Sequence record: DRR723986_6741
Reading direction: 5' to 3' (one strand)
Length of the DNA: 64,000 bases
Made by a program: the position numbers and the translations under genes. Shown piece after piece: positions 9,440-19,282 of this stretch; position 1 is the stretch's first letter, and every line of letters begins with the position of its first letter. The notes beneath the pieces are model-generated. The model ran no database searches. It saw only the letters and a list, made by a program, of their open reading frames with translations, and was not told where the DNA came from.

Positions 9440-11188
9440 ATGAAGCCATCCAGACTTTTTGATTTGATTCCTTATCAGATCGCTACTTACAATAAAGAGA
9501 TAGCTCTTTCGAAGAAAGAAAATGGCGATTGGAAATCATTTTCATCGAGAGACCTAAAAGAAATAGTAGACAACCTAAGCTTAGCTTTTTTAAAGGTCGG
9601 ATTGAAAAAAGATGAAAAAGTTGCGATAATTTCTGAAAACTGTCCAGAATGGAATTTCATTGATTTTGCCCTACAGCAGATCGGTGCTATTTCTGTACCC
9701 GTTTATCCTACAATCACCTCTTCAGATTTTGAATATATTTTTGATCATGCCGAAGTCAAAATGATTTTCGTTGGTGATCAGGAGATTTATGATAAAGCCA
9801 AAGAAGTAAGCGGAGATCGATTAATTTATAGTTTTTCTACAATCGAAGGTGCAATATTCTGGGAGGATTTCTTGGCGATAGGTGTAAATGAAAGTATTGA
9901 ACCGTTAGAGCTGTTGAAAGAGACAGTAATGGGTGAGGACATGTTCACCATCATTTACACTTCTGGCACGACTGGTCGGCCGAAGGGTGTAATGCTTTCA
10001 CATAATAATGTTCTTTCGAATGTATTATCCATTGCTGCGATTATGACTCCTGATCGTGGCACTTCCCGAGTACTTAGTTTTCTTCCGCTTTGCCATATAT
10101 ATGAGCGCACAGGTTCTTTCTGTTTTATGTACTTGGGTTTCTCTATTTATTACGCTGAGAGCTTAGAAACTTTGGGGGAAAATATGAAAGAAGTCAAACC
10201 GAATGCATTTAATACAGTTCCTCGTCTTCTAGAGAAAATCTATGACAAGATAGTAGCCAAAGGCTATGAGCTATCAGGGATTAAAAAACAGCTTTTCTTC
10301 TGGGCATTGAATTTAGGATTGGACTATGAACCTGGTAAAAAAAAGGGAGCTTGGTATGATTTTCAGTTGAAAATGGCCAGTAAACTGATTTTTAGTAAAT
10401 GGAGAGAAGCTTTAGGAGGAGAAGTACTTCAAATTAATTCCGGTGCATCAGCTTTACAACCTAGGTTAGCTCGGGTTTTTTGGGCTGCTGGGATCAAAGT
10501 GTGTGAAGGTTATGGCTTAACAGAGACTTCTCCTGTAATTTCAGCATCTGTCTGTACAAATGAAGAAATGAGAATAGGGTGGGTGGGGAAAATTGTTCAG
10601 GATGTAGAAGTAAAAATCGCTGAAGATGGCGAAATCCTAGTCAAAGGTCCCAATGTAATGCTAGGTTACTATAAGCAACCCGATATGACCGCAGAAGTAC
10701 TTCAAAACGGCTGGTTTCATACCGGTGACATTGGTGAGCTAGACGGATCTTTCCTGAGAATCACCGATCGTAAGAAGGAGATGTTCAAAACGTCCGGAGG
10801 CAAATATATTGCGCCTCAGCTGATGGAAAATAAATTCAAGGAATCCACGCTGATAGATCAGTTGATGGTCGTGGGTGAAAATAAAAATTATCCAAGCGCA
10901 TTGATTGTGCCTAGTTTTGAAGGATTGAAAGACTATTGCAAGCATAAAGGCATTCCTTATACCACTGATAGGGAAATCATTCTCAAAGCCGAAATCGTTG
11001 AAAAGTACGATCGAGAAATCGAACAAATCAATAAGTACTTTGGCAAATGGGAGCAGATAAAGCGATTCAAGCTTTTGCCGGAAGCTTGGGGAATAGAATC
11101 AGGAGAATTGACTCCAACAATGAAATTGAAACGCAAGGTCATCTTGCAGAAATACGCCAAAGAGATTGAGCATATTTATCATGAATGA
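9440..11188 (+). CDS. Long-chain fatty acid--CoA ligase (AMP-binding)
   Basis: YTSGTTGRPKG, EGYGLTETSP, GWFHTGDIG. Confidence 0.93.
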   Translation: MKPSRLFDLIPYQIATYNKEIALSKKENGDWKSFSSRDLKEIVDNLSLAFLKVGLKKDEKVAIISENCPEWNFIDFALQQIGAISVPVYPTITSSDFEYIFDHAEVKMIFVGDQEIYDKAKEVSGDRLIYSFSTIEGAIFWEDFLAIGVNESIEPLELLKETVMGEDMFTIIYTSGTTGRPKGVMLSHNNVLSNVLSIAAIMTPDRGTSRVLSFLPLCHIYERTGSFCFMYLGFSIYYAESLETLGENMKEVKPNAFNTVPRLLEKIYDKIVAKGYELSGIKKQLFFWALNLGLDYEPGKKKGAWYDFQLKMASKLIFSKWREALGGEVLQINSGASALQPRLARVFWAAGIKVCEGYGLTETSPVISASVCTNEEMRIGWVGKIVQDVEVKIAEDGEILVKGPNVMLGYYKQPDMTAEVLQNGWFHTGDIGELDGSFLRITDRKKEMFKTSGGKYIAPQLMENKFKESTLIDQLMVVGENKNYPSALIVPSFEGLKDYCKHKGIPYTTDREIILKAEIVEKYDREIEQINKYFGKWEQIKRFKLLPEAWGIESGELTPTMKLKRKVILQKYAKEIEHIYHE

Positions 11189-11339
11189 AATCCAACCAAG
11201 TAGATTTTACTATTTATTAACATTAATATATCCTTTTACTTAAGGAGTTTTTTCTTATTAATTATTCTGTTTTTAAGTGAAATATTTGCTTTATCACAAT
11301 AATTGCAGTGAATTACCTAGGAATTCAAGGCGATAATTT

Positions 11340-11387
11340 GTGATGCATGCATAACTTTTTTCAAATATAGTATGCATGCATACATTA
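11340..11387. promoter_or_regulatory. Two ATGCATGCAT palindromes, putative MarR operators
   Basis: GTGATGCATGCATAAC at 11340-11355 and perfect GTATGCATGCATAC at 11370-11383, just upstream of the MarR gene. Confidence 0.65.
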
Positions 11388-11433
11388 TTTTTAGTAAATT
11401 AGAATTCCTCAATAATTGGAGAATTCCGTAGAG

Positions 11434-11904
11434 ATGAAAAGAGAAGAAACAGTTGATTATCATATAAAAAGTGCCTGGCATGCAATTTCCAGAATGTACA
11501 ATCAGCAAGCTGCTGAGGAGGGATTTACTACAGCTATTGGATTTGTGCTAATCAATATCAATTCTACAGAAGGTACGCCTGCTACCAAAATTGCCCCAAA
11601 ACTAGGTCTAGAGACTAGGAGTTTGACCAGAATGCTGAAAACAATGGAGGAGAAAGGAATGATTTACAAAATGCCTGACCCAATAGATAAGCGTTCTGTG
11701 AGGATCTTTTTAACAGATGAAGGCAAGAAGAAAAAAGAAAGGTCAGTGAATACAATCAAAGAATTCAATGATCAGGTGCGGGAAATCGTAACTGAAGATG
11801 AGCTTCAGGATTTCTTCAAAGTATTTGAAAAAATTCAACTGGTGATAGATCAAGTACAGACCGCCAAAGGAATAGATGTCAACAAACCAATCTTTGAACT
11901 ATAA
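11434..11904 (+). CDS. MarR family transcriptional regulator of the fad operon
   Basis: SLTRMLKTMEEKGMI...DKRSVRIFLTDEG winged HTH; ATG 11434 preferred over TTG 11416. Confidence 0.9.
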   Translation: MKREETVDYHIKSAWHAISRMYNQQAAEEGFTTAIGFVLININSTEGTPATKIAPKLGLETRSLTRMLKTMEEKGMIYKMPDPIDKRSVRIFLTDEGKKKKERSVNTIKEFNDQVREIVTEDELQDFFKVFEKIQLVIDQVQTAKGIDVNKPIFEL

Positions 11905-11949
11905 ACCATATAACGACCACAAGGTATAAACTACCAAAAGCCCAAAATT

Positions 11950-14355
11950 ATGAACAGAACCATTAAGAAAGTTGCCATTTTAGGTTCGGGTGTTATGGGA
12001 TCCAGAATTGCCTGTCATTTTGCTAATATCGGCGTGCAAGTGCTTTTACTGGACATAGTACCCTTTGAACTTACCGAGCAAGAGCAGAAAAAAGGACTGA
12101 CCAAAGAAGATCCAATAGTCAGAAATCGAATAGTGACCAGTGCTTTGCAAAGCACACTAAAGTCAAATCCATCAGCTATTTATGACAAGGCATTTGCTTC
12201 CAGGATTACTACAGGAAATTTTGATGACGATCTCCCAAAAATCAAGGATTACGATTGGGTAATGGAAGTGATCGTTGAGAGACTTGATATCAAGCAGTCT
12301 CTTTTCGAAAAAGTAGAAAAATACAGAAAGCCAGGTACACTGATCACTTCCAATACTTCCGGTATTCCTATGCACATGATGTGTGAAGGAAGATCCGAAG
12401 ATTTCCAGGAAAATTTTGCAGGTACACACTTTTTCAACCCACCTAGATATTTACGCCTATTAGAAATCATTCCTGGACCAAAATCTAAGCAGAAAAACAT
12501 AGATTTCTTGATGGAATATGGAGACAAATTCCTAGGCAAGGAAACCGTTCTTTGTAAAGATACTCCAGCATTTATTGCTAATAGAATTGGTGTTTACGCG
12601 ATTATTTCTGCAATGCACACCATCGAAAAAATGGGCCTAGGTGTATCAGAAGTGGATAAATTGACAGGAACACTAATCGGCCGGGCAAAATCTGCTACGT
12701 TCAGAACAATGGATGTGGTTGGTTTGGATACTACGGTAAACGTGGCCAATAACCTTTACAAAGCCTTACCAAATGATGAGTCTCGTGAGAAATTCAAACT
12801 TCCGAAAATCATGGAAGTACTGTACGAGAAAAAATGGTTAGGCGACAAAACTGGATCTGGATATTTCAATATGATCCGACACAAAGACGGAACAAAAGAA
12901 TTGAAGGAAATTGATTTTGAAACCTTTGAGTACAAAGATCTAGAAAAGCCAAAATTCAAAGCGTTGGAAGCTGCTAAGGAGTTTGAAGACTTGAAAAAGA
13001 GAATCAAATTCTTAGTGAATTTTGATGACAAAGCCGGAGAATTCTACCGAGCCACTTTCTATGATTTGTTTAAGTATTGCTCCAATAGAATCCCTGAGAT
13101 AGCTGATGAACTATTCAGAATAGATCAAGCAGTTTGTGCTGGATTTGGATGGGAACTCGGGCCTTTCGAAAACTGGGATTTACTCGGTGTGAAAGAAACG
13201 GTTGAAAAAATGGAAGCTGCTGGAGAAAAGCCAGCTGCATGGGTTTATGAGATGCTTGGAGCAGGAAATGAATCTTTCTACAAGGTAGAAAACGGTAAGA
13301 AGCACTACTACGACATTCCAAGCAAGTCCTATAAGGAGGTACCAGGAATGGATGATTTCATCATTTTGGATACACTTAAATCTGCTGGAAAAGTCATTTG
13401 GAATAACCCTGGAGCATCAGTCTATGACTTAGGCGATGATGTGATCGGTTTGGAATTCCATACTAAGATGAATTCCATGGGAGCTGAAGTGATCGAAGGG
13501 ATCAACACAGCCATTGGAATGGCTGAGAAATCATACAAAGGCCTAGTGGTAGGTAATGAAGGTGCTAATTTCTCAGCAGGAGCAAATCTAGCCATGCTAT
13601 TTATGTTCGCTGGAGACCAGGACTTTGATGAGATCAATTTGATGATTGCACAATTCCAGAATACCATGATGCGCGCGAGGTATTCTTCCGTTCCCGTGGT
13701 AGTTGCTCCACACAATATGGCATTGGGTGGTGGTTGTGAACTTTCACTCCACTCAGATCACATTCAGGCGCATGCAGAATTGTACATGGGCTTGGTGGAA
13801 GTTGGAGTTGGATTAATCCCTGCCGGTGGTGGTACTAAGGAAATGACCTTGAGATTTTCCAATGCTGTAAAATCCGGAGATGTAGAATTGAATAGGCTGC
13901 AGGATGCATTTATGAATATCGCCATGGCAAAAGTTTCTACCTCTGCTGAGGAAGCCAGAAACTTGGGCTATCTGAGAAATGATGATGGAATTACCCTCAA
14001 CCGAAATCGACAATTGGCGGAAGCGAAATCGAAAGTCATTTCTATGAATGAAGCCGGCTATACTCAGCCAATTGAGCAAACAGATATTCGTGTACTTGGA
14101 AAAGAGTCATTGGCACTTTTTGAAGCTGGAATCACTGGAATGAGGTATGGCGCATACATATCTGAGCATGACGCTTTGATTGCCAAAAAACTAGCCTACG
14201 TAATGTCTGGAGGGGATTTGTCCTCGCCAACTGAAGTTTCTGAGCGATACTTATTGGACTTGGAGCGCGAAGCATTCTTGAGCTTGACTGGTGAAAAGAA
14301 AACGCTGGAGAGAATCCACAGTATTTTATTCAAAGGAAAACCGTTGAGAAATTAG
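11950..14355 (+). CDS. fadN: 3-hydroxyacyl-CoA dehydrogenase/enoyl-CoA hydratase (FadN-type)
   Basis: GSGVMG, SNTSG, HFFNPPRY in the N-terminal part; FSAGANL, ALGGGCE, EVGVGLIPAGGG crotonase domain at the C-terminus. Confidence 0.92.
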   Translation: MNRTIKKVAILGSGVMGSRIACHFANIGVQVLLLDIVPFELTEQEQKKGLTKEDPIVRNRIVTSALQSTLKSNPSAIYDKAFASRITTGNFDDDLPKIKDYDWVMEVIVERLDIKQSLFEKVEKYRKPGTLITSNTSGIPMHMMCEGRSEDFQENFAGTHFFNPPRYLRLLEIIPGPKSKQKNIDFLMEYGDKFLGKETVLCKDTPAFIANRIGVYAIISAMHTIEKMGLGVSEVDKLTGTLIGRAKSATFRTMDVVGLDTTVNVANNLYKALPNDESREKFKLPKIMEVLYEKKWLGDKTGSGYFNMIRHKDGTKELKEIDFETFEYKDLEKPKFKALEAAKEFEDLKKRIKFLVNFDDKAGEFYRATFYDLFKYCSNRIPEIADELFRIDQAVCAGFGWELGPFENWDLLGVKETVEKMEAAGEKPAAWVYEMLGAGNESFYKVENGKKHYYDIPSKSYKEVPGMDDFIILDTLKSAGKVIWNNPGASVYDLGDDVIGLEFHTKMNSMGAEVIEGINTAIGMAEKSYKGLVVGNEGANFSAGANLAMLFMFAGDQDFDEINLMIAQFQNTMMRARYSSVPVVVAPHNMALGGGCELSLHSDHIQAHAELYMGLVEVGVGLIPAGGGTKEMTLRFSNAVKSGDVELNRLQDAFMNIAMAKVSTSAEEARNLGYLRNDDGITLNRNRQLAEAKSKVISMNEAGYTQPIEQTDIRVLGKESLALFEAGITGMRYGAYISEHDALIAKKLAYVMSGGDLSSPTEVSERYLLDLEREAFLSLTGEKKTLERIHSILFKGKPLRN

Positions 14356-14456
14356 TAGCAAGATTTAAGTACAGATTATCAAGACTTAAGTATCAAATAG
14401 TAAAATACAAGTAGAGAGAGAAGAGTCAAGAACTAAGAATCAAGAACTAAGATTTA
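14356..14456 (+). repeat. Degenerate 7-nt tandem repeats (left arm of the four-helix-bundle element)
   Basis: CAAGACT TAAGTAT CAAATAG...CAAGAAC TAAGAAT CAAGAAC TAAGATT. Confidence 0.75.
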
Positions 14457-14473
14457 AACTAAAATCAATTGTC

Positions 14474-14827
14474 ATGCATAATTTCAAGAATTTAAAAGTT
14501 TGGCAAAAGTCAGTAGATCTGGCTGTAAAAATCTATCAGATTACTTCTGAATTTCCTGTTTCAGAGAAATTTGGAATGACTTCTCAGATGCGCAGAGCAG
14601 GCGTTTCTATACCTTCAAATATTGCTGAAGGAACAGCAAAGTCTTCCTCAAAATCCTTTTCTAATTCTCTTGAAATCAGTTTAGGTGAAAGTTTTGAATT
14701 AGAAACACAACTTATTATTGCAGAAAGAGTGAGTCTAATTTCAAATGAAATTGCTAATGACCTGGAAGCTGATATTTCTGAAATTCAAAGAATGATTGTG
14801 GGTTTTAAAGCAACCTTAAATTCTTAG
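14474..14827 (+). CDS. Four helix bundle protein (23S rRNA IVP / TIGR02436-like family)
   Basis: FKNLKVWQKS, FPVSEKFGMTSQMRRAGVSIPSNIAEG, ELETQL. Confidence 0.92.
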   Translation: MHNFKNLKVWQKSVDLAVKIYQITSEFPVSEKFGMTSQMRRAGVSIPSNIAEGTAKSSSKSFSNSLEISLGESFELETQLIIAERVSLISNEIANDLEADISEIQRMIVGFKATLNS

Positions 14828-14884
14828 CCTCTTAGTTCTATTATCTAGATTCTTGACTCTAAAATCTAGATTCTTGATTCTCTT
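14822..14884 (-). repeat. Degenerate 7-nt tandem repeats (right arm, reverse complement of the left arm)
   Basis: TCTTAGTTCT, TTCTTGACTCT and TTCTTGATTCT are reverse complements of left-arm blocks. Confidence 0.75.
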
Positions 14885-14916
14885 CAATCCCAAATAACTA
14901 TTAATCACAAAATAAC

Positions 14917-16092
14917 ATGGAAGCATATATAGTAAATGGATATAGATCAGCGGTTGGAAAGGCCAAAAAAGGTGGATTCAGATTTTACCGCCCAGATGAT
15001 CTAGCTTCAGATGTGATCAAGCATCTGGTAGCAAATACGCCAGGATTAGAAGCCAAAATGGTGGATGATCTGATCGTAGGAAATGCCGTTCCGGAGGCGG
15101 AGCAAGGAATGCAAATGGGAAGAATGATTTCTCTTCTTGCTTTAGGAATAGAGAATCCTGGCTTTATCGTCAACCGTTATTGCGGTTCTGGAATTGAAGC
15201 TATTGCCTTGGCTGTTGGAAAAGTGAAAGCCGGAATGGCAGATTGTATCATTGCTGGTGGTACAGAATCTATGTCTATGGTGCCAATGATGGGTTACAAA
15301 ACTGTCCTGAATTACAAAATAGCTACTGAGCATCCTTCCTACTACATCAGTATGGGTTTGACTGCAGAGGAACTGGCAAAGGAATACGAAATCACTCGCG
15401 AAGAATCAGATGCTTTTTCGGTCAAATCTCATGAAAAAGCCATTGCTGCTATTGCTGCTGGCAAATTCAAAGATGAGATCGTTCCTGTAGAAGTGGAAGA
15501 AACGTACCTCGATGAAAAAGGCAAAAAGAAAACCCGAAAATATGTAGTGGATACGGATGAGGGACCTCGTCCTGGAACGACCATGGATGTTCTTTCAAGT
15601 TTGAAACCAGCGTTTAAAAATGGCGGGCAAGTAACAGCGGGTAATTCCTCACAAACTTCTGATGGAGCAGCTTTCGTAGTAGTGATGTCAGAGCGAATGG
15701 TGAAGGAATTAAACATAGAGCCAGTTGCTAGAATGATGTCTTATAGTGCAGCAGGAGTTGATCCAAGAATTATGGGAATTGGACCTAAAGAAGCTGTTCC
15801 GAAGGCACTGAAGCAAGCCGGATTAACTCTAAATGACATTGACCTGATCGAACTGAATGAAGCATTTGCCGCACAGGGATTATCAGTAATCAAGGCGCTG
15901 GACCTCAATCCAGATATCGTAAACGTAAATGGTGGAGCTGTTGCTCTTGGTCATCCGCTGGGATGTACCGGAGCTAAACTTTCCATACAGATGTTCAATG
16001 AACTCCGACGCCAGAATAAGAAATACGGACTAGTCACTGCTTGTGTTGGTGGTGGTCAGGGTGTTGCTGGGGTTTACGAGCTCTTGAAATAA
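14917..16092 (+). CDS. fadA: Acetyl-CoA C-acyltransferase (thiolase)
   Basis: [30 protein letters not shown]. Confidence 0.95.
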   Translation: MEAYIVNGYRSAVGKAKKGGFRFYRPDDLASDVIKHLVANTPGLEAKMVDDLIVGNAVPEAEQGMQMGRMISLLALGIENPGFIVNRYCGSGIEAIALAVGKVKAGMADCIIAGGTESMSMVPMMGYKTVLNYKIATEHPSYYISMGLTAEELAKEYEITREESDAFSVKSHEKAIAAIAAGKFKDEIVPVEVEETYLDEKGKKKTRKYVVDTDEGPRPGTTMDVLSSLKPAFKNGGQVTAGNSSQTSDGAAFVVVMSERMVKELNIEPVARMMSYSAAGVDPRIMGIGPKEAVPKALKQAGLTLNDIDLIELNEAFAAQGLSVIKALDLNPDIVNVNGGAVALGHPLGCTGAKLSIQMFNELRRQNKKYGLVTACVGGGQGVAGVYELLK

Positions 16093-16104
16093 CCAATCAC
16101 CAGA

Positions 16105-16183
16105 CTTCATTATTCAACATTTTTCATTCATCATTCCATATTGAAAATGTAAAATGGTGAATGATGAATTCAGAATAATGAAG
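16105..16183. repeat. Long imperfect intergenic inverted repeat
   Basis: Nested arms CTTCATTATTC/GAATAATGAAG and ATTCATCATTC/GAATGATGAAT. Confidence 0.7.
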
Positions 16184-16211
16184 AAAATAAGCTGATAATA
16201 ACAATAGAACA

Positions 16212-17999
16212 ATGGCTACAAAATCAACCCAAGGAGGAGAATTCCTCATCAAGGAAACAGATGCGCAAGACATCTTTATTCCAGCAGAATTTACCGAAGA
16301 GCAAAGAATGATGGCTCAGGCCTGTCAGGATTTTATCGATACGGAGATCACCCCTTTTGCTCAGGAGATCGATAGCATGAAAGATCCTGATTTAGTCCCT
16401 CGGATTTTCAAAAAAGCCGGAGATCTTGGCCTTTTGGGAATCACAGTTCCAGAGGAATACGGAGGAATGGGGATGAGTTTCAACACATCCATGTTGATCG
16501 CGGATATTATTGGTGCAGCGGGTTCTTTTTCTACAACCTACGGAGCACATACCGGGATTGGAACACTGCCCATTTTGTATTACGGTACAGAAGAACAAAA
16601 GAAAAAGTACCTTCCTAAGCTTGCTACTGGAGAATGGGCGGCATGTTATTGCCTTACTGAACCAGATGCAGGTTCAGATGCAAATAGCGGTAAAACCAAA
16701 GCGACTCTATCTGAAGATGGTAAAACTTACCACCTGAACGGTCAGAAAATGTGGATCTCAAACGCTGGTTTCGCAGATCTATTCATTGTATTTGCCAAAA
16801 TCGAAAATGATAAAAACTTGACCGCCTTCATCGTAGAGAAGTCATTTGGCGGAATCACAATGAATGAAGAGGAAAAAAAGATGGGAATCAAAGGTTCTTC
16901 CACCCGTCAAGTATTCTTTAACGATTGCCCAGTGCCGGTGGGGAATATGCTTTCTGATCGTCAAAATGGTTTTAAAATCGCTGTAAATATCCTAAATATC
17001 GGTAGAGTAAAGCTCGGAGCTGGTGTACTTGGCGGAGTTAGAACGGTGACCTCCCATGCGATCAAATATTCCACAGAACGTAAGCAATTCGGAGTGAGTA
17101 TTAATTCTTTTGGTGCGATTAAATCCAAACTCGCAGAAATGGCAACCAAATCTTACGTCTCGGAAGCACTTTGCTACCGAGCTGGACAGGATATTGAGAA
17201 TAAGATCAATGCGCTCGAAGCAGAAGGAATGGCTGCTAATGAGGCAAAACTGAAGGGTGTTGAGGCTTTTGCGATCGAATGTGCCATCGCCAAAGTGCAG
17301 TGCTCTGAAGTGCTGGATTATGTGGTCGATCAGGGGGTACAGATCTATGGTGGAATGGGCTACTCTGCGGATGCGCCAATGGAACGTGCATATCGTGATG
17401 CTAGAATATCTAGAATCTATGAAGGCACCAATGAGATCAACAGAATGTTGATGGTAGGTATGCTCCTGAAGCGAGCGATGAAAGGAGAGATTAATATTTT
17501 CGATCCAGCAATGGCAGTTTCCAAAGAACTGACCTCTGTTCCTTCATTTGAGACAATTGATACTTCTGAGCTATTTGCAGCTGAAAAAGAAGTTCTGAAA
17601 AAGCTAAAGAAAGTATTCCTGATGGTTGGTGGCAAAGCTGCCATGGCCCTTCAGGATAAAATTGAAGATGAGCAGGAAATCATGATGAACCTTGCTGACG
17701 TGATGATAGAAATCTACGCAAGTGAATCTGCGATCCTTCGTACCGAGAAATTGGTTTCAATGAAAGGTGAAGAAGCCTGCAAGAATCAAATTGCCATGGC
17801 GCAGATCTATCTTTCTGAGGCGGTTGACAAAATCAATACAGCTGCGAAAGAAGCCATTGGTAGCTTCACCAAAGGCGATGAGCAAAAAGTAATGCTTATG
17901 GGTTTGAAGAGATTCACCAAGACTGAACTTTATAACACCAAGGAATTAAGAAGACAAATCGCTGATTTTATGATTGATCAGGGAAAATATCCGTTCTAA
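16212..17999 (+). CDS. Acyl-CoA dehydrogenase (long, FadE-type)
   Basis: CLTEPDAGSD, NGQKMWISN, QIYGGMGY, IYEGTNEINR. Confidence 0.95.
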   Translation: MATKSTQGGEFLIKETDAQDIFIPAEFTEEQRMMAQACQDFIDTEITPFAQEIDSMKDPDLVPRIFKKAGDLGLLGITVPEEYGGMGMSFNTSMLIADIIGAAGSFSTTYGAHTGIGTLPILYYGTEEQKKKYLPKLATGEWAACYCLTEPDAGSDANSGKTKATLSEDGKTYHLNGQKMWISNAGFADLFIVFAKIENDKNLTAFIVEKSFGGITMNEEEKKMGIKGSSTRQVFFNDCPVPVGNMLSDRQNGFKIAVNILNIGRVKLGAGVLGGVRTVTSHAIKYSTERKQFGVSINSFGAIKSKLAEMATKSYVSEALCYRAGQDIENKINALEAEGMAANEAKLKGVEAFAIECAIAKVQCSEVLDYVVDQGVQIYGGMGYSADAPMERAYRDARISRIYEGTNEINRMLMVGMLLKRAMKGEINIFDPAMAVSKELTSVPSFETIDTSELFAAEKEVLKKLKKVFLMVGGKAAMALQDKIEDEQEIMMNLADVMIEIYASESAILRTEKLVSMKGEEACKNQIAMAQIYLSEAVDKINTAAKEAIGSFTKGDEQKVMLMGLKRFTKTELYNTKELRRQIADFMIDQGKYPF

Positions 18000-18017
18000 G
18001 TTGTGATAACTTGAGTA

Positions 18018-18057
18018 CCAAAGCCTCCGAAATGAAAGAGTTCGGAGGCTTTTTTGG
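18018..18057 (+). terminator. Intrinsic terminator of the fad operon
   Basis: AAAGCCTCCGAA-loop-TTCGGAGGCTTTTTT. Confidence 0.85.
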
Positions 18058-18291
18058 TTTTATCCGCAGAGTCCACAAATAAAATGCGGAGAGCACAAGT
18101 CCTTAATTTTTCGAGCGAATGAGGGCTCAATTTTGACCTAATAGTATTTCATAATGTTCTAATTCATGAAAAAGCTGCTCTAGTTCTATTTTTTGATGAC
18201 CGAACTGATAGAAATGAAGATCAGAGTCTGTAATTATCTTAAAGTTTGACTGGGATCATAGAGTCCTTTTTGGTTTAACTTGCTTCTTTAA

Positions 18292-18780
18292 ATGACTAAA
18301 GCTTTTAACAGTAACCAAAAACACGATGCACAGTATAGCCCTTTTAAAATTATAGGAATTACCACACGAACTTCTAATTCTTCCGGAAAAGCAGCCGAAG
18401 ACTTAGGAGCTCTTTGGGGAAGATTTTTTGAAGAGCAAGTTGGAGCAAAAATTTCAGGAAAACTTAATGACGATATTTACGCTATCTATACCGATTATGA
18501 ATCTGACTATACTGGAGAATATACTTGCCTAATAGGATATCAAGTATCTAGCTTAGAAAATGTAGCCAAAGGCCTTGTAGCCAGAGAATTCGATGGAGGC
18601 AGGCACATCAAGTTTGTAGCTGCTGGAAAAATGCCTGAGGCAGTCGTCCATACTTGGCAGGAAATCTGGTCCAAGGATTCTGAAATAGACAGAAAATATA
18701 CTTCAGATTTTGAAGTCTATAGCTCCAAATCGCAGCAAGGAGATAATTCTGAGGTTGATATTTTTATTGCAGTCAAGTAA
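18292..18780 (+). CDS. GyrI-like small-molecule effector-binding protein
   Basis: IIGITTRTSN, YTDYESDYTGEY, RKYTSDFEVY. Confidence 0.85.
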   Translation: MTKAFNSNQKHDAQYSPFKIIGITTRTSNSSGKAAEDLGALWGRFFEEQVGAKISGKLNDDIYAIYTDYESDYTGEYTCLIGYQVSSLENVAKGLVAREFDGGRHIKFVAAGKMPEAVVHTWQEIWSKDSEIDRKYTSDFEVYSSKSQQGDNSEVDIFIAVK

Positions 18781-18889
18781 GGATTCCTGGTAGATTGTCC
18801 GCTAAAAAATAGTTGTTGACTCAGGTTGGGAGTCGCAGAATTCCCACTACCTTAACAGGAATCAGTTACATCATTTCTCAAATGAAACT

Positions 18890-19003
18890 ATGGCAAAGCA
18901 ACCAGAAGGTAAACCTAAGAACGATAAATCTGCGGCTACCAAAACGTTAAAGGAAAAGCGTGCTGCAAAGGCCGCTAAAAAGGAAAGTAAGAAAAATAAT
19001 TAG
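18890..19003 (+). CDS. 37-aa Lys/Ala-rich basic microprotein (not in the ORF track)
   Basis: MAKQPEGKPKNDKSAATKTLKEKRAAKAAKKESKKNN*, followed by its own terminator. Confidence 0.7.
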   Translation: MAKQPEGKPKNDKSAATKTLKEKRAAKAAKKESKKNN

Positions 19004-19007
19004 TCAA

Positions 19008-19037
19008 CAAACAGAGGTCACAAGCCTCTGTTTTTTT
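19008..19037 (+). terminator. Intrinsic terminator after the microprotein
   Basis: AAACAGAGG-loop-CCTCTGTTTTTTT. Confidence 0.8.
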
Positions 19038-19105
19038 ATGCTAGCCATTTTAACTAAAATAGCCATAGGTGTGGTGAGAGAATTTTACGGCTAAGAAAAA
19101 TCACC

Positions 19106-19113
19106 TATATTTG
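19106..19113 (+). promoter_or_regulatory. -7 promoter element TATATTTG for the TPP riboswitch leader
   Basis: TAnnTTTG 8 nt before the aptamer. Confidence 0.7.
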
Positions 19114-19121
19114 AATCAATT

Positions 19122-19199
19122 GCACGGGGTGCCTTCCTTTTGGTGAGGCTGAGAAAATACCCGAATTACCTGATTTGGATCATGCCAACGTAGGGATGC
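19122..19199 (+). ncRNA. TPP riboswitch (THI element)
   Basis: GGGGTGCC...GGCTGAGA-AAATACCC...ACCTGAT-TTGGATCATGCCAA-CGTAGGGA hallmark core. Confidence 0.93.
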
Positions 19200-19282
19200 T
19201 AAAGCCAGAAAACGCCTTTGTTTTCTCTTGGTTGTCTGACCGCAGGAATTGCAGTTAACATTTTTGCAACCTTAAATTCCCT

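Noticed and set aside
14356-14456. CRISPR-like array
   Set aside because: The units are degenerate 7-mers without spacers, and there are no cas genes.
14474-14827. Avd-like protein of a diversity-generating retroelement
   Set aside because: Same fold family, but no reverse transcriptase or TR/VR repeat pair in the window.
18060-18290. Possible sRNA or repeat remnant after the fad terminator (TCCGCA...TGCGGA hairpin)
   Set aside because: Only a 6-bp stem and no recognisable family; insufficient support.
18882-18950. Alternative 22-aa ORF overlapping the microprotein
   Set aside because: Shorter, unremarkable in composition, and it does not end at the terminator; the 18890 frame fits better.
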